Assembly: GCA_013265495.1 (NCBI GenBank)
Contig: MU063499.1
Location: 1,674,001 to 1,738,000, forward strand
Reading direction: 5' to 3'
Length of the DNA stretch: 64,000 nt
Source of the DNA: Vicugna vicugna
Taxonomy: Eukaryota
Shown: piece by piece, positions 25,821 through 38,379 of the stretch
Layout: the number at the start of each line of letters is the position of its first letter
How positions within the stretch are numbered: position 1 is the stretch's first letter
Made by a program: the position numbers and the translations under genes
Notes under the pieces: model-generated
Database searches by the model: none
What the model saw: only the letters and a program-made list of their open reading frames with translations
Told to the model about the DNA's origin: nothing

Positions 25821-25852
25821 CTGCAGTGCCTATACAAGCCAGCAGGTGGCAG
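25821..25852 (+). promoter_or_regulatory. CTCF motif (forward) with upstream ZF9-11 module
   Basis: CTGCAGTGCC-tatac-aag-CCAGCAGGTGGCAG: a perfect core at 25839-25852 plus the upstream motif at the canonical spacing. Confidence 0.8.
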
Positions 25853-28800
25853 CACAGGAGGGCATCCGAGGCTGGAAGGCTGACTGGAAAGTCAAGTGGG
25901 CAGAGCCTGCTGGGTACCCCATCAGGCCCCAGCACCTTTCTATTTCTAGGATTGTCTGAGATTCCTTCTCGAACGGTGTAGAGGAAGAGCCAGTCCCTGG
26001 GTGCTGGATCTCTTCCTCTGTACGATGGGTGACCGGATACCCTGCAAGAAGGGCACTGGCAATTAAGTGAGATTGTGTCGGGTTCACGTCAATCGACTGA
26101 CCTGGCCCTCTCTCCATGAGATGGTCCACTGTATCTGGCACGTGGCAGGAGCTCAATAAACCATGCATAATTATTATTATTATGTTATTAGTATTGGCAT
26201 TGTTATTACCCGTGCCCCTTTATCTCTTGCTGCACCGCAGGAAGTATACCTGACTACCCCCCCCCAAACCCAGGCCTCCACGCCTCCAACAGAAGTACAC
26301 TAGGGCTGGGCAGGCGGGAATGGCAGGAATAAACACCCCCTCTTCTCCTGTTTGACCAGAGGACAGGAGGCCTGTCAGCCACAAGGGCTGGGACATCTAC
26401 TATTGTCCCCTCTCTACATTCTCCCAGGCTAGACCCCAGAGGCAGCCAGGTAGGAGGAGCTGAGGGCACTGGATGGGCCTCAGCCTGGCTGTCACTGGAA
26501 ACACTGGGGAAGCCCCCAGCAGGTGGGCATATCCATCCATGCTGCCATCCAGGAAGGCAGGAGCTGGACCAGTGATGTGAGAACTGGGGAAACTGGGTGC
26601 CCCTTGAGAGTGATCTGTGGGGTGTTGGCAGATCCAGGTGGGAGGTGCCAGCATCCAGTGGCCATGTATCAGGAGAACAGAGCAGTGCAGACAAGGCCAT
26701 GGCCTCCCACACCATCCCACACAGGCACACCTGGAGGATATGGGGCTGAAATCCAGGCTGCCATGGAGCCTCAGAGGTGACCAGGTCCTAGTCCTGGCCT
26801 AGGAAGGCTGGACTGAATCTGTGGCCCTTTCCCCTGAGATGCCTATGCATACGGGGTCTCAGGACATGCCCGACCTCCTGTCAGGTTAAAGGGAGTTGGG
26901 GGCTTAGAGCACCTTGAGCCACCCTGGTAGGGGCAGGCAGTATTGCTGTCCTCATGCTAAGGCCTGCTACAGGGACAGCTGGACAGGATAGGGTGGAGAT
27001 GTCTGCTCTCAGCATCTGAACACCCCCAGGCACACTCAGATCCTCTCCCTGCCTTCTTTTTCATAGAGATGTAGATACAAATATATGGACGTACAGACTG
27101 TGTGTACACACATAACACACACACACACTCATCCCTTCTTCCTATTTGACAACTGTCTCTTCCCATCTCAAATGGCGACGCAGAGACCGGGCTGGTGCTG
27201 GGCCCCCAGTGAGGCTCGGTGATGTTTCTGGAAAGAATCCATTGCAAGGTCAGACTACTCCACAGGAGTTTCTGGGCTCACCTCCACAAGAACTTTCCTT
27301 TACATTCTGAAGGCGTCCCTGGCATCTGCCTGCAGTCAGGCAATGGGATTATTGTATTCACTTTGGCTTGAAGGTGACACCTCACTTGATTAAACAAGAT
27401 GGCCTCCTCCAAAGGCACCCATCCACGTCCACCCTGATACCACCCTGCAAACCGCTGCGGCTTCTGCCTGAAGCCCTGGTCGCTACTCATGAGGTGGGGT
27501 TTCATGTACTGATGTGTGGGGCTGGGGGGCAGCTCCCAAGGGCCCTCTTGTAACAGTCAGGAGCAGCAACTGCAGGCAGGCAACACCATCTCACCCCTTC
27601 TGCCTGGCTGAGGGCAGTGAGGAGAGTTCTGGTCAACCCACCAGGCCCATGGTCACAGGGAGGACATGTCGCCTGGAAACTCTTACCCCGATGTTTATTG
27701 ATCTCATACTCTGTGGAAGAATTGGGAACCTTCGGGAAGTCTGGGTTTCCTCCAGGACTGGGAAAGAGCTAGAAAACAGAAGGCGGGTGGAAGGGAAGAG
27801 GTGACTGCGAGGGGACAAGGGATGAGGTGGCAGCTCCCGTCACCCACAGAAAGCCACCATTTGTCCATCACCTAGCCAAGGAAAAGGAAAGGGGTCTGGG
27901 GCAGGCAGTGGGAGAGAATGGGGACAGGGGTCCTCCTGGAGCCCCCGCCCCAGGCCCTGTTCTCAGTGCCAGCCTTACTCTGTAGACCGTTTTTAGGGTC
28001 TCCCAGACATCACGTCTTCTGCAGCTCCACGTTCTTTGGCTGAGGGGCTCTCCAACAGGATGCGGGTGCAAAGCCTATACATCCCTTCTCCTCTTGCCCT
28101 CAGGAGTCCTGCCAGTGCGCTGAGGAAAGGGGACCCCTCCCCAAGGCTGGGGTTGGTCACGGAAAGACCCAGCTGTCTGACCCCAGTGTGGGAGGCCCAT
28201 GGGGTGCTTGGCGCCCTCGCCCTTTACCCAAGGCCCTGTTCTGAAGCCCCCACCTCCAGCCCAGCCCTGGGAGCTCACCTCTTCCTTGTTTTCACTTACA
28301 CTAGCCTGAAGGCTCAGCTCTCTAGCGGAGGGTCTGCATGTCACTTAGGGTCCTGGTTTGTGGGATTTTCAATGCTAAAATTGTGTGGCCCTGAGAAAAC
28401 TAGGACAGTTGGTCACCCTGGTGTCATTCTCCCCCAGACCCTTTTGAACCCTGCAGGTGGCTTCACACCCCACCCACCCCCTGCACCCTTGTACTCTGGG
28501 AAAGACCATTTTTCCCCTATTGTTTCAGACCCAGCTCATATGGGTCCTGAGGCACCATACCTCCCCTGCACCTTGGGGCTCCAGCCCCCTCCCACCTCTG
28601 GTCCCACAGGTCCTGTCCACTCGGCCTCTCCACCCAAGCGGATGGCAGGCATGTGACTCCATTCCACAGTTGAGGCACGAGGCCCCAGAGCAGCCTTGAA
28701 CTCTGGACCAGAGGCGTTTCACCCAAATGAACAAGAAAGCCAACTCGGCTGCCACCTCATAGCTGGAATCCAAGCGGCCACACCTAGGTCCCCCACAGCC

Positions 28801-28885
28801 CCTCACCCATCCTGCCCCTCCTGGGGTTTCACACCCGGAGTGTCACAAGCTCACACTCTTTTTGTGTAAACATCTTAATTACATC

Positions 28886-28891
28886 TTTAAT
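28886..28891 (-). terminator. C3orf18: C3orf18 probable polyadenylation signal (ATTAAA), implying a 3' UTR of ~1.5 kb
   Basis: Plus-strand tttaat at 28886-28891, followed on the minus strand by CA dinucleotides ~20 nt downstream and GT-rich sequence. Confidence 0.6.
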
Positions 28892-30400
28892 GCTCTTACA
28901 TGGAGATGCTGTGAGTTAAATTACAGCTTCTGTGCATCCTAAATTACCCGCAGCCCTCCAGTTGGCTCAAGTGCTAACGTATTTATAGCATCTAGAGGAG
29001 GAATCAATCCAGAACCTTCCCCACGCAGGCCTCCTCGGACCTCACATCCTGACACGTGGTATTTGCCCAACAGAAGTTTTGTACATGCCACCCTCGTGTC
29101 CCCTCCAACCAGCAGAGGACAGTGAGGGCGGCGAGGCTGGGCCTGGAGGGCGTGCGGCTGTGCATGCTCACATGCGCATGCGTGCCCAGCGGAGAAAAAG
29201 TGCTCAGTGCCTGGGGTCTGGCTTGGCCTAGTACCTTGTCCAGATGCCTCAGAATGGTAGAATTCCTGAGGGGCCTGGGGTGGGCGGACAATGGGTAGGT
29301 GGGCTGTGCGCTCAAAAGACAGACTAGGTCTCCTAGGTCTGTATCCCCACCAGGTTTCAGGCAGTCAGAATTCCCCCTGCTAGCCCGCAGCCTGCGGCCA
29401 CTGCCCTTAGACCAATAGCCTCTCCCCTCAACCCCAGATCACCAACATAACCAAGACAGGGAACCATTTCAGAAGCAGGTTACCTGGCATTTAGAGCCCA
29501 GTGAGGAGACGCAGTGGGCAGTGGACCCTCGCCTTTGCTTTCCTCTCCCTTCTGTCCCTGAACACTGAAGGCAGACAAGGTGGCCTACTTAGTGCTCTTC
29601 TATACACCATGGTGTGGGGGTCAGCTTGGAGTGTGGAGCTATGCAGAGGTCTCCATCCTGGCCCCTGTGCTGGGACAGGTGCAAATCCACATGTGGGCAC
29701 ATCTGCACACATCTATGAAGCCTCCCAGCAGGTCTGGCATGGCATCCCTCCACACCTGCTCCCCAACCTCCCTCCCCCTCAGCTCCCATCCTAGCTTGGG
29801 CCCAGCCAGTAGCTGGCTGCCAGGGAAGGGTGTCTGGAAGACCTCATGGCCCCTCTGTAACATGGATGGACCCTGCATAGGAGCAGCCCTCCTCCTGGCA
29901 TCCTTGCCCGCTGGGCATTCAGCTCTATCCCTAAGCCTCTCCCAGGGTGCCACCACACCGTCCCCAAGACCTGGCTGGTTGCCTCTCCCCACCCAAGAGG
30001 AGGCTCCAGATTGCAAAGATGGGTCTTGCCTTGACAGAAGGGAAACCCCCGACTCTCTTTCCCTTCCATTCCCAACCCATGTCTCCTCCATTTCCTCCAC
30101 ATTAGAGGAACAGACTCTGATGTGAGGGGTCTGGAAAGGGAACAAGGCAGCCAGCAATGGCTCTTCACCTCCCTGACATGAGGGATGCTCTCCATGCCAG
30201 GCCCCTCAGATCAGAGGACATCAGTGGCCATAGGCCCAGCCTGGCCAGGGGCCTCTCTTGGAGCATGGAAAGTTAGCAGGTGGGGCCTCAAAACAGCTGT
30301 GGCCTTGGCAGGGCAGGTCCTGAGAGTAGGCCTTAATGATCTCGGAGTAGGCAGCTCTGTGGGCACTGTGGCAGGTGTCTTCATCAGAGGTCCAGGCCAC

Positions 30401-30583
<183 letters not shown>

Positions 30584-31541
30584 CTATGCCTTTTGCCTGG
30601 AACATCCTCTCACAAGCTCAGCTATGAAATTGGATCTGGCTCAGGTAACTCCTCCCCGACAGCCATCCCCAGCCTGTGCAGCAGCCTCAGCCTGCTGCAG
30701 CACTTACCCTGTGGGCCCAGGGCCATGGAGGGGCTCACCTCTGTACCTCAAGCCCCAAAGCCCCAGCACAGGGGCTGGCACAAGGGAAGTGCACAGGAGA
30801 CAGCTGTCAAATGGTCAGTAGGCCCACGTTCTGGGTGGACCAAGGTTCTCAGCCCAATTTCCTGACCATCCCAAGCAGGGAATGTATCCTAATCTGGATG
30901 ACACAGGACTGGTAGAAAAACCAAGGGATCTCCGGACTCCCAGCCCAATTCTGCCTCTGTGGGGTCAAGGCAAGGAAGGATGCAAAGGGCATCATGGGTC
31001 GGGGGAGACCAAGCCTCCTCATGGTGCTCTGGCCCCTGGGGACTTCAGGGACTGGTGGCAAGTGGCCAGGCAGCTCAGTGACTCTGGCAAGATAACAGCA
31101 CAGGTACCTGACCCTTTGGACGTGGGAGGTGAATCTGTCTGGGGGCTCCACCTGACGGGGGTCTGCCAGTTACTAGGAACCCACCAGTCTACTCAGAGGT
31201 GCCACTGCCCCAGAGTCTGACCCCAATCACAACACACTCAGGACTGGGATCTCAGGAAGCAGAGGAACCCAGGGTCTAAGCCCCCCAACAGTCTCTCCCA
31301 TCAGTCCTCTCCTGCTTTCCCCCTAGTTTGAGGGGGCGTACCAGGGGCAAGAATCAGGATTTTCATTTGTAAATGAGAAAATGAGGCTCAAAGAAGCCAA
31401 TGGGGCTTCGAAGATCACTAGGCTATCAGTGGCAGAGCCACGCTGGATCCCAGAACTGCCCCAGTCTGGCCTTATGCAGTCAGCCTGTCGTGGCCATAAA
31501 GCAATTCTACCAGTTTCTAAACAAGCCTGGCTAAATCCCTA

Positions 31542-31961
<420 letters not shown>

Positions 31962-32339
31962 CTATCGAACTGGTTCTACCCCTCAGATGGGTGGCCTGGG
32001 AGGGATATTTACCCACTCCCGGAACCAGGTGGGGCCATGGGCCACAGAGTTATCATTTGTAGGGGCCGTGGGGATGCCTAGGCCACGGCCTTGTGGGGTC
32101 CACAGCTCCTGAGGGGCTTGGGTGGGGAAAGGGGAGTCAGGGCAGCAGGTCAAGGGTGGCTCAGCCCTCCCCGAGGGAAAGAGATCACTCCCAACCCCAA
32201 GTGGGCAGAAGGGGCACTGACTCCCTGACAACAGAGGGGCCCTCATGATGGGAGGACTCTCCTTTCCCACCCGCGTCCCCTGGAGTCCAGCCCAGCATTG
32301 CCCATGGATTGGAGTCTTGGATGGCACCTGGGGAGTTAC

Positions 32340-32365
32340 CTCTTCTTCTTCCTGATGTACAAAAC
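32340..32365 (-). CDS. C3orf18: C3orf18 coding exon 2 (26-nt microexon, VLYIRKKK-R)
   Basis: ctcttctcttgcag/GTTTTGTACATCAGGAAGAAGAAGAG/gtaact. Joins the flanking exons in frame. Confidence 0.95.
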
Positions 32366-35191
32366 CTGCAAGAGAAGAGGCAGCATCAAATGGCCAGGAA
32401 AGGAGGCCCTGGTTAACCCAGCAGTCCCTCGGGACTGGGGACATGCTAAGGCTGATGAATGGGACATCTCTAGGTCCCCATGTCCTCAGGGACCCCATCC
32501 CAGAGACACATAAACCCCACATCCACACTTCCATTTGATGTTTATTAGATGCCAACAGTGCCTGGACTCAGATGTGGGCAGCGTTCCAGCCTGGGAAGAG
32601 CACACAGTTAGGCCTGGCTCACTAATACTGACTGCAGCTCCAGCCACTCACTGCGTGCCTCGGACTCCTCGGGGATGAAGTTGGGGTAAGGGGAGACTTC
32701 AGCACACCCCCTCTTCTCAACTGTCCCCAGGCCCAAATTTCTTTCTCATGTATGGCCAAAAAGAACAGGGGCCAGGCAGTGGCCAGGCTCTGCAAGGCAA
32801 GGCTGTGGGCCCAGTTCCTGGGATTTTCATGGGAGTCTGATGGCCCTCAGTGGACAGGGGCCGAGGAGGCAGGACACCAGCCCAGACCAAACTTCAGAAT
32901 CCTGATGCTGGAGGAACCTAGAAAGGCCCCTAAGTCCTAAGCCCCCATTGTATAGACTTGAAGATAAGGCCTAGGCAGCCTGAGAAAACATCCAAGATCC
33001 AAGAGCTCCAGGCTGGAGCAGGAAATCCTGGTACAAAGCACTAAGGGGAGGGAGGCAGGGGGTTAATCACGGTGACCACATGAGCAGGGACTCCAGGGAC
33101 CTCTGCCACCATGCTCATCCCTAAACTGGTGGTTTTTGACTACCAGTAGCATGACCACCTCTGCCTGGGGAAAAGCTATGTCCCTAGACTCTGTCCCAAA
33201 CCCCCACTCTGTGGCCCATTCACAGCTTGAATCTGGTTTGTTTCCTGGCTGGCCCACAGCTCCTCCTGCCGCTCACACCTGAGGGACCCCAAAGGTAAAA
33301 GAAACCGAGGTGCCTCCTGTTTCCCCACCCGCTCCAGGACATCACATGTGGGCGTGCCTCTTGCTCTCCTGCGGGTGGGATGCAACAGGAGCTCCAGGTT
33401 TCTGGCCCAGCCCCTGCCTGCCCTGAACCAGCGGCTGCAGGCCCAGCACCCTGTACTCCCTCCCTTCTCAGCCGTGCCCCAACCTTTCCTCCCTGCCTTG
33501 CAGCCCAGTGATGCAGAAGGACCTTCAAGAGAGGCCAGAACATTTATCCAGTCTACACACCTTAGCTTTGCTGCTCCCTCTGCCCCAACTACTAACATCC
33601 ACCCCACATGCCTTCCTTTTCAAATCTTCCCCACCCCTCACTGTCCAGCTGCAGCCCCACCTCCTCCAGGAAGCCCTCCCTGACTGTTCCACCTATGTGT
33701 GAGGCATAAAGCTTGGCACTGATTTACTCCTCCTCCTGGCTCCTTGAGTGACTCCTCCTCGTGGCTCAGGATTGGCATGAGGGGAGAGGAAGTAGTACTC
33801 AAGGAACGTCTCTGGACCTGTCCTACAGTGCCCAAAGGCTGTTGCCTACCCTCCACTGCCTTTGCCCCATAATCTCCCTGCTGCTCTGATTTTGGTGATA
33901 AGGCCATCCATTGTGGCCCTCCGAATGTTCCTCCAGGATGAAGAGTAAGGAAGTCTTCCCAAGTTCCTGGGACAAAATCTTTGGCCAAGAGTGACAAGGG
34001 CAGATTTGAGACCCTTCTTTGCTTCTGAGGTTAGGGTATCTCTGCCTGCTTAACCACCACATGGGTGCCAAACACTGGTGCTGTGCCTTGTCCCTGCCCC
34101 AGGAGACTACCCAGTCCCCCACTTCACTCCGTGTGTTGCATCCCGGCTCTGCCTGCTGGCCAGCAGTTATTCCCTGGCAGCGATCCGGAGCCTGCAGGGA
34201 TCACCATATGGTGACCCTGGTTTATCAGCAGCTCCAGCCAGGCCATGGATGGACCATCCATTGCCCTGTTTATCAGAGAAACATGCCCCTGAGCCTAAGG
34301 CCAGCCGTCAGAGCCTGTGAGGGGCAGCGGGCAGAATGCAAGTGCACCGCAGGTGCACTTCCACCCTCCCTGGTCTCAGCCTACACAATCTCCACTGGTC
34401 CCTCAGTGACATTCTGAATGTCCAGGTATCATCTTAAGGGAAGAGCCCATATCTTCAGAGGCAGATTCCAGATCTGGGAGCATCACATCCACTCTCAGGG
34501 ACATCCACAGACCTCACCCCAGCTCACCTCTGTCCTAGTCTGCCCAACTCTGTCCTTCTCATGACACTGGGGCCAGGCCTCCACTGTGAAAAATTAGCTT
34601 TAATGTTGTCCCCTCAGCTGTCCCAGACCACTCAGCCTAGGAAGCACCCCCCCGCAATTCCCCAACCCAGTCCCTATGGGCTTTCCTTGGCATCCCTGGT
34701 TTTATCTATCTCCCACTCCTTGTAAGAACCACAGAGCAGGACCTTGCCCCCCTAGTCCCTGGGGTCCCGGAGGTTTCACCCAGGGCAAGTGCTTAGTAAA
34801 TAATTGCCAAGTAAATGAATGAATGAACACTGCCAGCAGCCTGCCATGCCTGGAGCTTCCCATCTGGACTCCACAGACCACAATCTATCCCAATCGCCCT
34901 CTGGCCTCTACTTTTATTCCACCCCCACACTCACTTGCCTCACTGTCTGGCTTGCTGCTCACAGAACCTTCTGCCTACATCCAAACTTTTGCCCATCAGG
35001 ACCCTGCCTCCACCTGGAACACCCTCCTTCATGACCCAGCTCAGAACACCATATATATCCCTCAGAACCTTCTCCAGTTCTTCCAATTGGAGGCAGCCTC
35101 TCTGGTCTCTGGACTCCAATAAGCAAATCCCCACAGAAGGGGAAGATTGGACTATCACTAACAGACAACTATGTTCTGATTAGACTCTCTA

Positions 35192-35530
<339 letters not shown>

Positions 35531-37239
35531 CTATGGTCGGTCAACCTGCCCACTCACTTCTGACATCAGGAGTGTCCCAGCCTGTGGCCCCCACTACCCA
35601 TGTAGGTGGTCACGTCATTGGATAAAGGGAGCTCCCTGCCTCCCTGGGTGCTGGAAAGAAAAGAATAAAAAACATGAGGCTGAGGATGGGACTCCGTGGT
35701 GAGGTGAAGTCCCCTAAGTTCTTAAGACACAGGAGAAACAGAAGTTTGAGGGCAAGGGCAAATTCAGGGGACATCAGGACATGTGTTTTCTATATCCATG
35801 GGTCCCCTGTGGATCTAGGAACCTGAAATGAAGCCCTGCCCCCTCTTTGTGGGTAAGAGGATCATAGTGATCACACTTGGAAGATGTGAAAGGTAGTGGA
35901 GAGGTTTGAAAGAAAAAGTCACTCCCCACTCCCCATGTTCCCATCTCTCACTCTCTGCACCCCACATCCCTCACCTCCTGTCTGGAGAAAAAAATTCTGC
36001 AGCTTTTTCCTTTCCTAGTGGGAAACACTTGCCCAAGAGTCAGACACGCCTGTCTTTGAACTCCAGTTCAGCCACTTAACTGACCCTAGAGAAGTCACTC
36101 CCACCCCTCAGTGTCTCAGTTTTCCTGAGTCTAAGGTGGAGATATTAAGAGCATCTCCCACACAGAAAAGGTAAGAGAGTCACTGAAATGTCAGAATGAA
36201 CCAGCCCCTAGAAAAGACTTGGCTCAGCACAAACTTCGACCACAGTAAGCAGCCAATAAATGTTAGATCTTCTACCCCTGGGCAACCCAGTTGCAAAAGG
36301 GGAGCCACAGAAGCCCTTGAACCCAGCCTGCTGTGTGGTCCAGCCTGTACTTGGAGTTGGGGCAGGGACAGGTGTGGTGAGACCAGAAGACAGGAAGGAG
36401 AGAGAGGCTAAGGTCAGGTCCTCTGGCAGGGCTTCTCTGTAGGCTCTTGGGGTAACTGAACCCCCTAGAGCTAGGGGCTGTCAAGGACTAGGAGAAAATC
36501 AAGGGGAGCATATCTTCAGAGGGAAAGATGGAACTTCCACTCTGAAATGCCTTCTCTTCCCCTTCCCTCCTCCCTTGGGAGCAGAGGGTGGGAGATGCAC
36601 CCAGTCCAGGGTGTGACTTAGGCCTTCCCAGGCCAAAGGGCCCTAGGCAAGCAACGGGGAAGAGGTCCCAGCCAAACTGCAGAAGGGCAGGCCTAGGGAG
36701 AGGAGGGATGCACAGCTCGTGGCTGCATGAACATCTCGGTGCGCCAGCTCATGGGTATACGTGGGGTGCCTCCCTGTATAGGTGCATGGGTGTGTGAGGT
36801 GTGCACACAACCACGATGGCCTCTTAGGAAGGAGCAAGGCTGGCACAGGGATACGTGATGGCAGAGGCTCGTTGTCCCTCTCTGTCCTTTTCCTCCAGCT
36901 ACACTGGGCACGTCAAGAAACCCAGGTTCTTTCTTGGCTCTGTCACTGACCCCAGATGTGACCTTGGGCTAGACCCTTAGCATTTGCTCTGGGGCTCTGT
37001 TTACTCCTCCCTTCAAACGAGAGAAAGGGCTCATCACTGCTGGGGACTGCCTCACAGTCCAAAGGACAAGTGAAGGAAACCAGGGAGAAAGGGGTGGGAA
37101 CCACGACCTCCAAGAACCCAAGAACTGGCAAACCATTCTCCACCAGGTTCATCAGTCCTCCCTGCCCCAATCCCCATCCCCACCTCCGCGACTCTGATTC
37201 CTCCATTCTTGCACAGAAGTGGTGACCTCAGCACTTACT

Positions 37240-37870
37240 TAATCCTCTCTGGGGCGCCGAGCTCAGCCGAAGACGCTAGGAGTGGTGGCGACCCGCAGGA
37301 TGCCAGGGCGGGATGGGGGGAACTCCCCAGGCCCAGGGTGGGAGGCGACAGATCCGACACAAGGTCCGCCCTCCCTGGGTGGACCTCCCTGGGCTGGGCC
37401 CGCGACGTCGCACCGCCCGCAAGCCGAGAGCGCCTGCTCTGCCAGCCTGGCCCGGGACTGGCAGGGCTGGGACTCACCGTGGGGGTGGGGTCGAGGCCAG
37501 CAGCCTCGCGGGTCTTCCAAGCTCCTGCTCCTCTCCTCCCTGGCCGCTCCGCGCCCCCGGCCCCGGATTGGCTGTCAGGCCCAGAGACCGCCCTGCATTG
37601 GCCCGCTTGCCTGCCGCTCGGATCTGGCTCTGCCCCCAACAGGAGCCGGAGCCCGGTGGCTGTTCTTGGAGACCACCCCCCACTCCTCACGGCATATGCC
37701 GGAGTCCCGCCGGGGATGATGTGGGGCCAGGCCCTTCGTAAGCGCCAGAACTCCGGCCTCCTGCTAGCCCTAGCTCCACCTCCTCCAGGATAGACTCCCG
37801 CTCCCCAAATGCAGGTGGACGCAGGTTTGGGGAGAACACTAGACTGGAAGTCTTTGAGCCTGCGTCGAAC
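37240..37870 (-). promoter_or_regulatory. CpG-island promoter of C3orf18 with tandem CCAAT (NF-Y) boxes
   Basis: Dense CpGs. ATTGG at 37567-37571 and 37597-37601, 30 bp apart, a typical tandem NF-Y spacing. Confidence 0.8.
37478..37560 (-). other. C3orf18: C3orf18 probable non-coding first exon (5' end approximate)
   Basis: Strong donor ACG/GTGAGT at 37478/37477 inside a CpG island, just downstream of two CCAAT boxes. Confidence 0.65.
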
Positions 37871-38149
37871 TCTGGCTCGACCCACCACTAGCTTTGTGAC
37901 CTAGAGCAAGATGCTTCTGTCCCCATGGATCTCAGCTTCCAGCTTAGATTAGCTCTGGTATAAGGGCTCTTAATAAACGACACCCACTCCGGGACAGAAA
38001 TGGAGCATCTTAAGAGAAGTTGGGGGCGGGATGGTATAATGACTGGAGTGATATATTGGTCACCTGGACCCAGGCAAGCCTACATACACCCCTCTATACA
38101 AAGCGTAATCATCTCTGGGGAGGAGCCTTCAGATACCTTCTAATAATCC

Positions 38150-38245
38150 TCAGGTTTTCAAAGACGCTTATGGGGATCACCCGAATAGCTTGTTAACAAA
38201 TACAGACCCTCCAGTCTGGGACGGATCCCGGGAAACTGTATGTTT
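38150..38245. mobile_element. MER5-like hAT DNA transposon relic between the two promoters
   Basis: ggttttcaaa...gggatcacc...gcttgttaacaaatacaga...gtctggg resembles recalled MER5A. Confidence 0.45.
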
Positions 38246-38379
38246 AATAGTAGTTTAGTTAACAGTGATTTAGTTAATAGATTCGAGGGCAAAGGGGTAG
38301 CATTAGCAGGCCACACTTCGCGGGACACTATCATGACTTTTAAAGGAGCAACTGAGGCTCACAGAGTTGCACCTGGACA

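Noticed and set aside
26015-26200. CpG-containing patch with TCACGTCA and TTAAGTG
   Set aside because: It aligns by eye to a diverged MIR including its AT-rich tail; treated as repeat.
1-28000. CACNA2D2 first exons expected from synteny
   Set aside because: No MAVPARTCG, YSFPQQHT or MQHWARRLEQEVDG peptide in any frame; the gene must start left of the window or lie in a gap.
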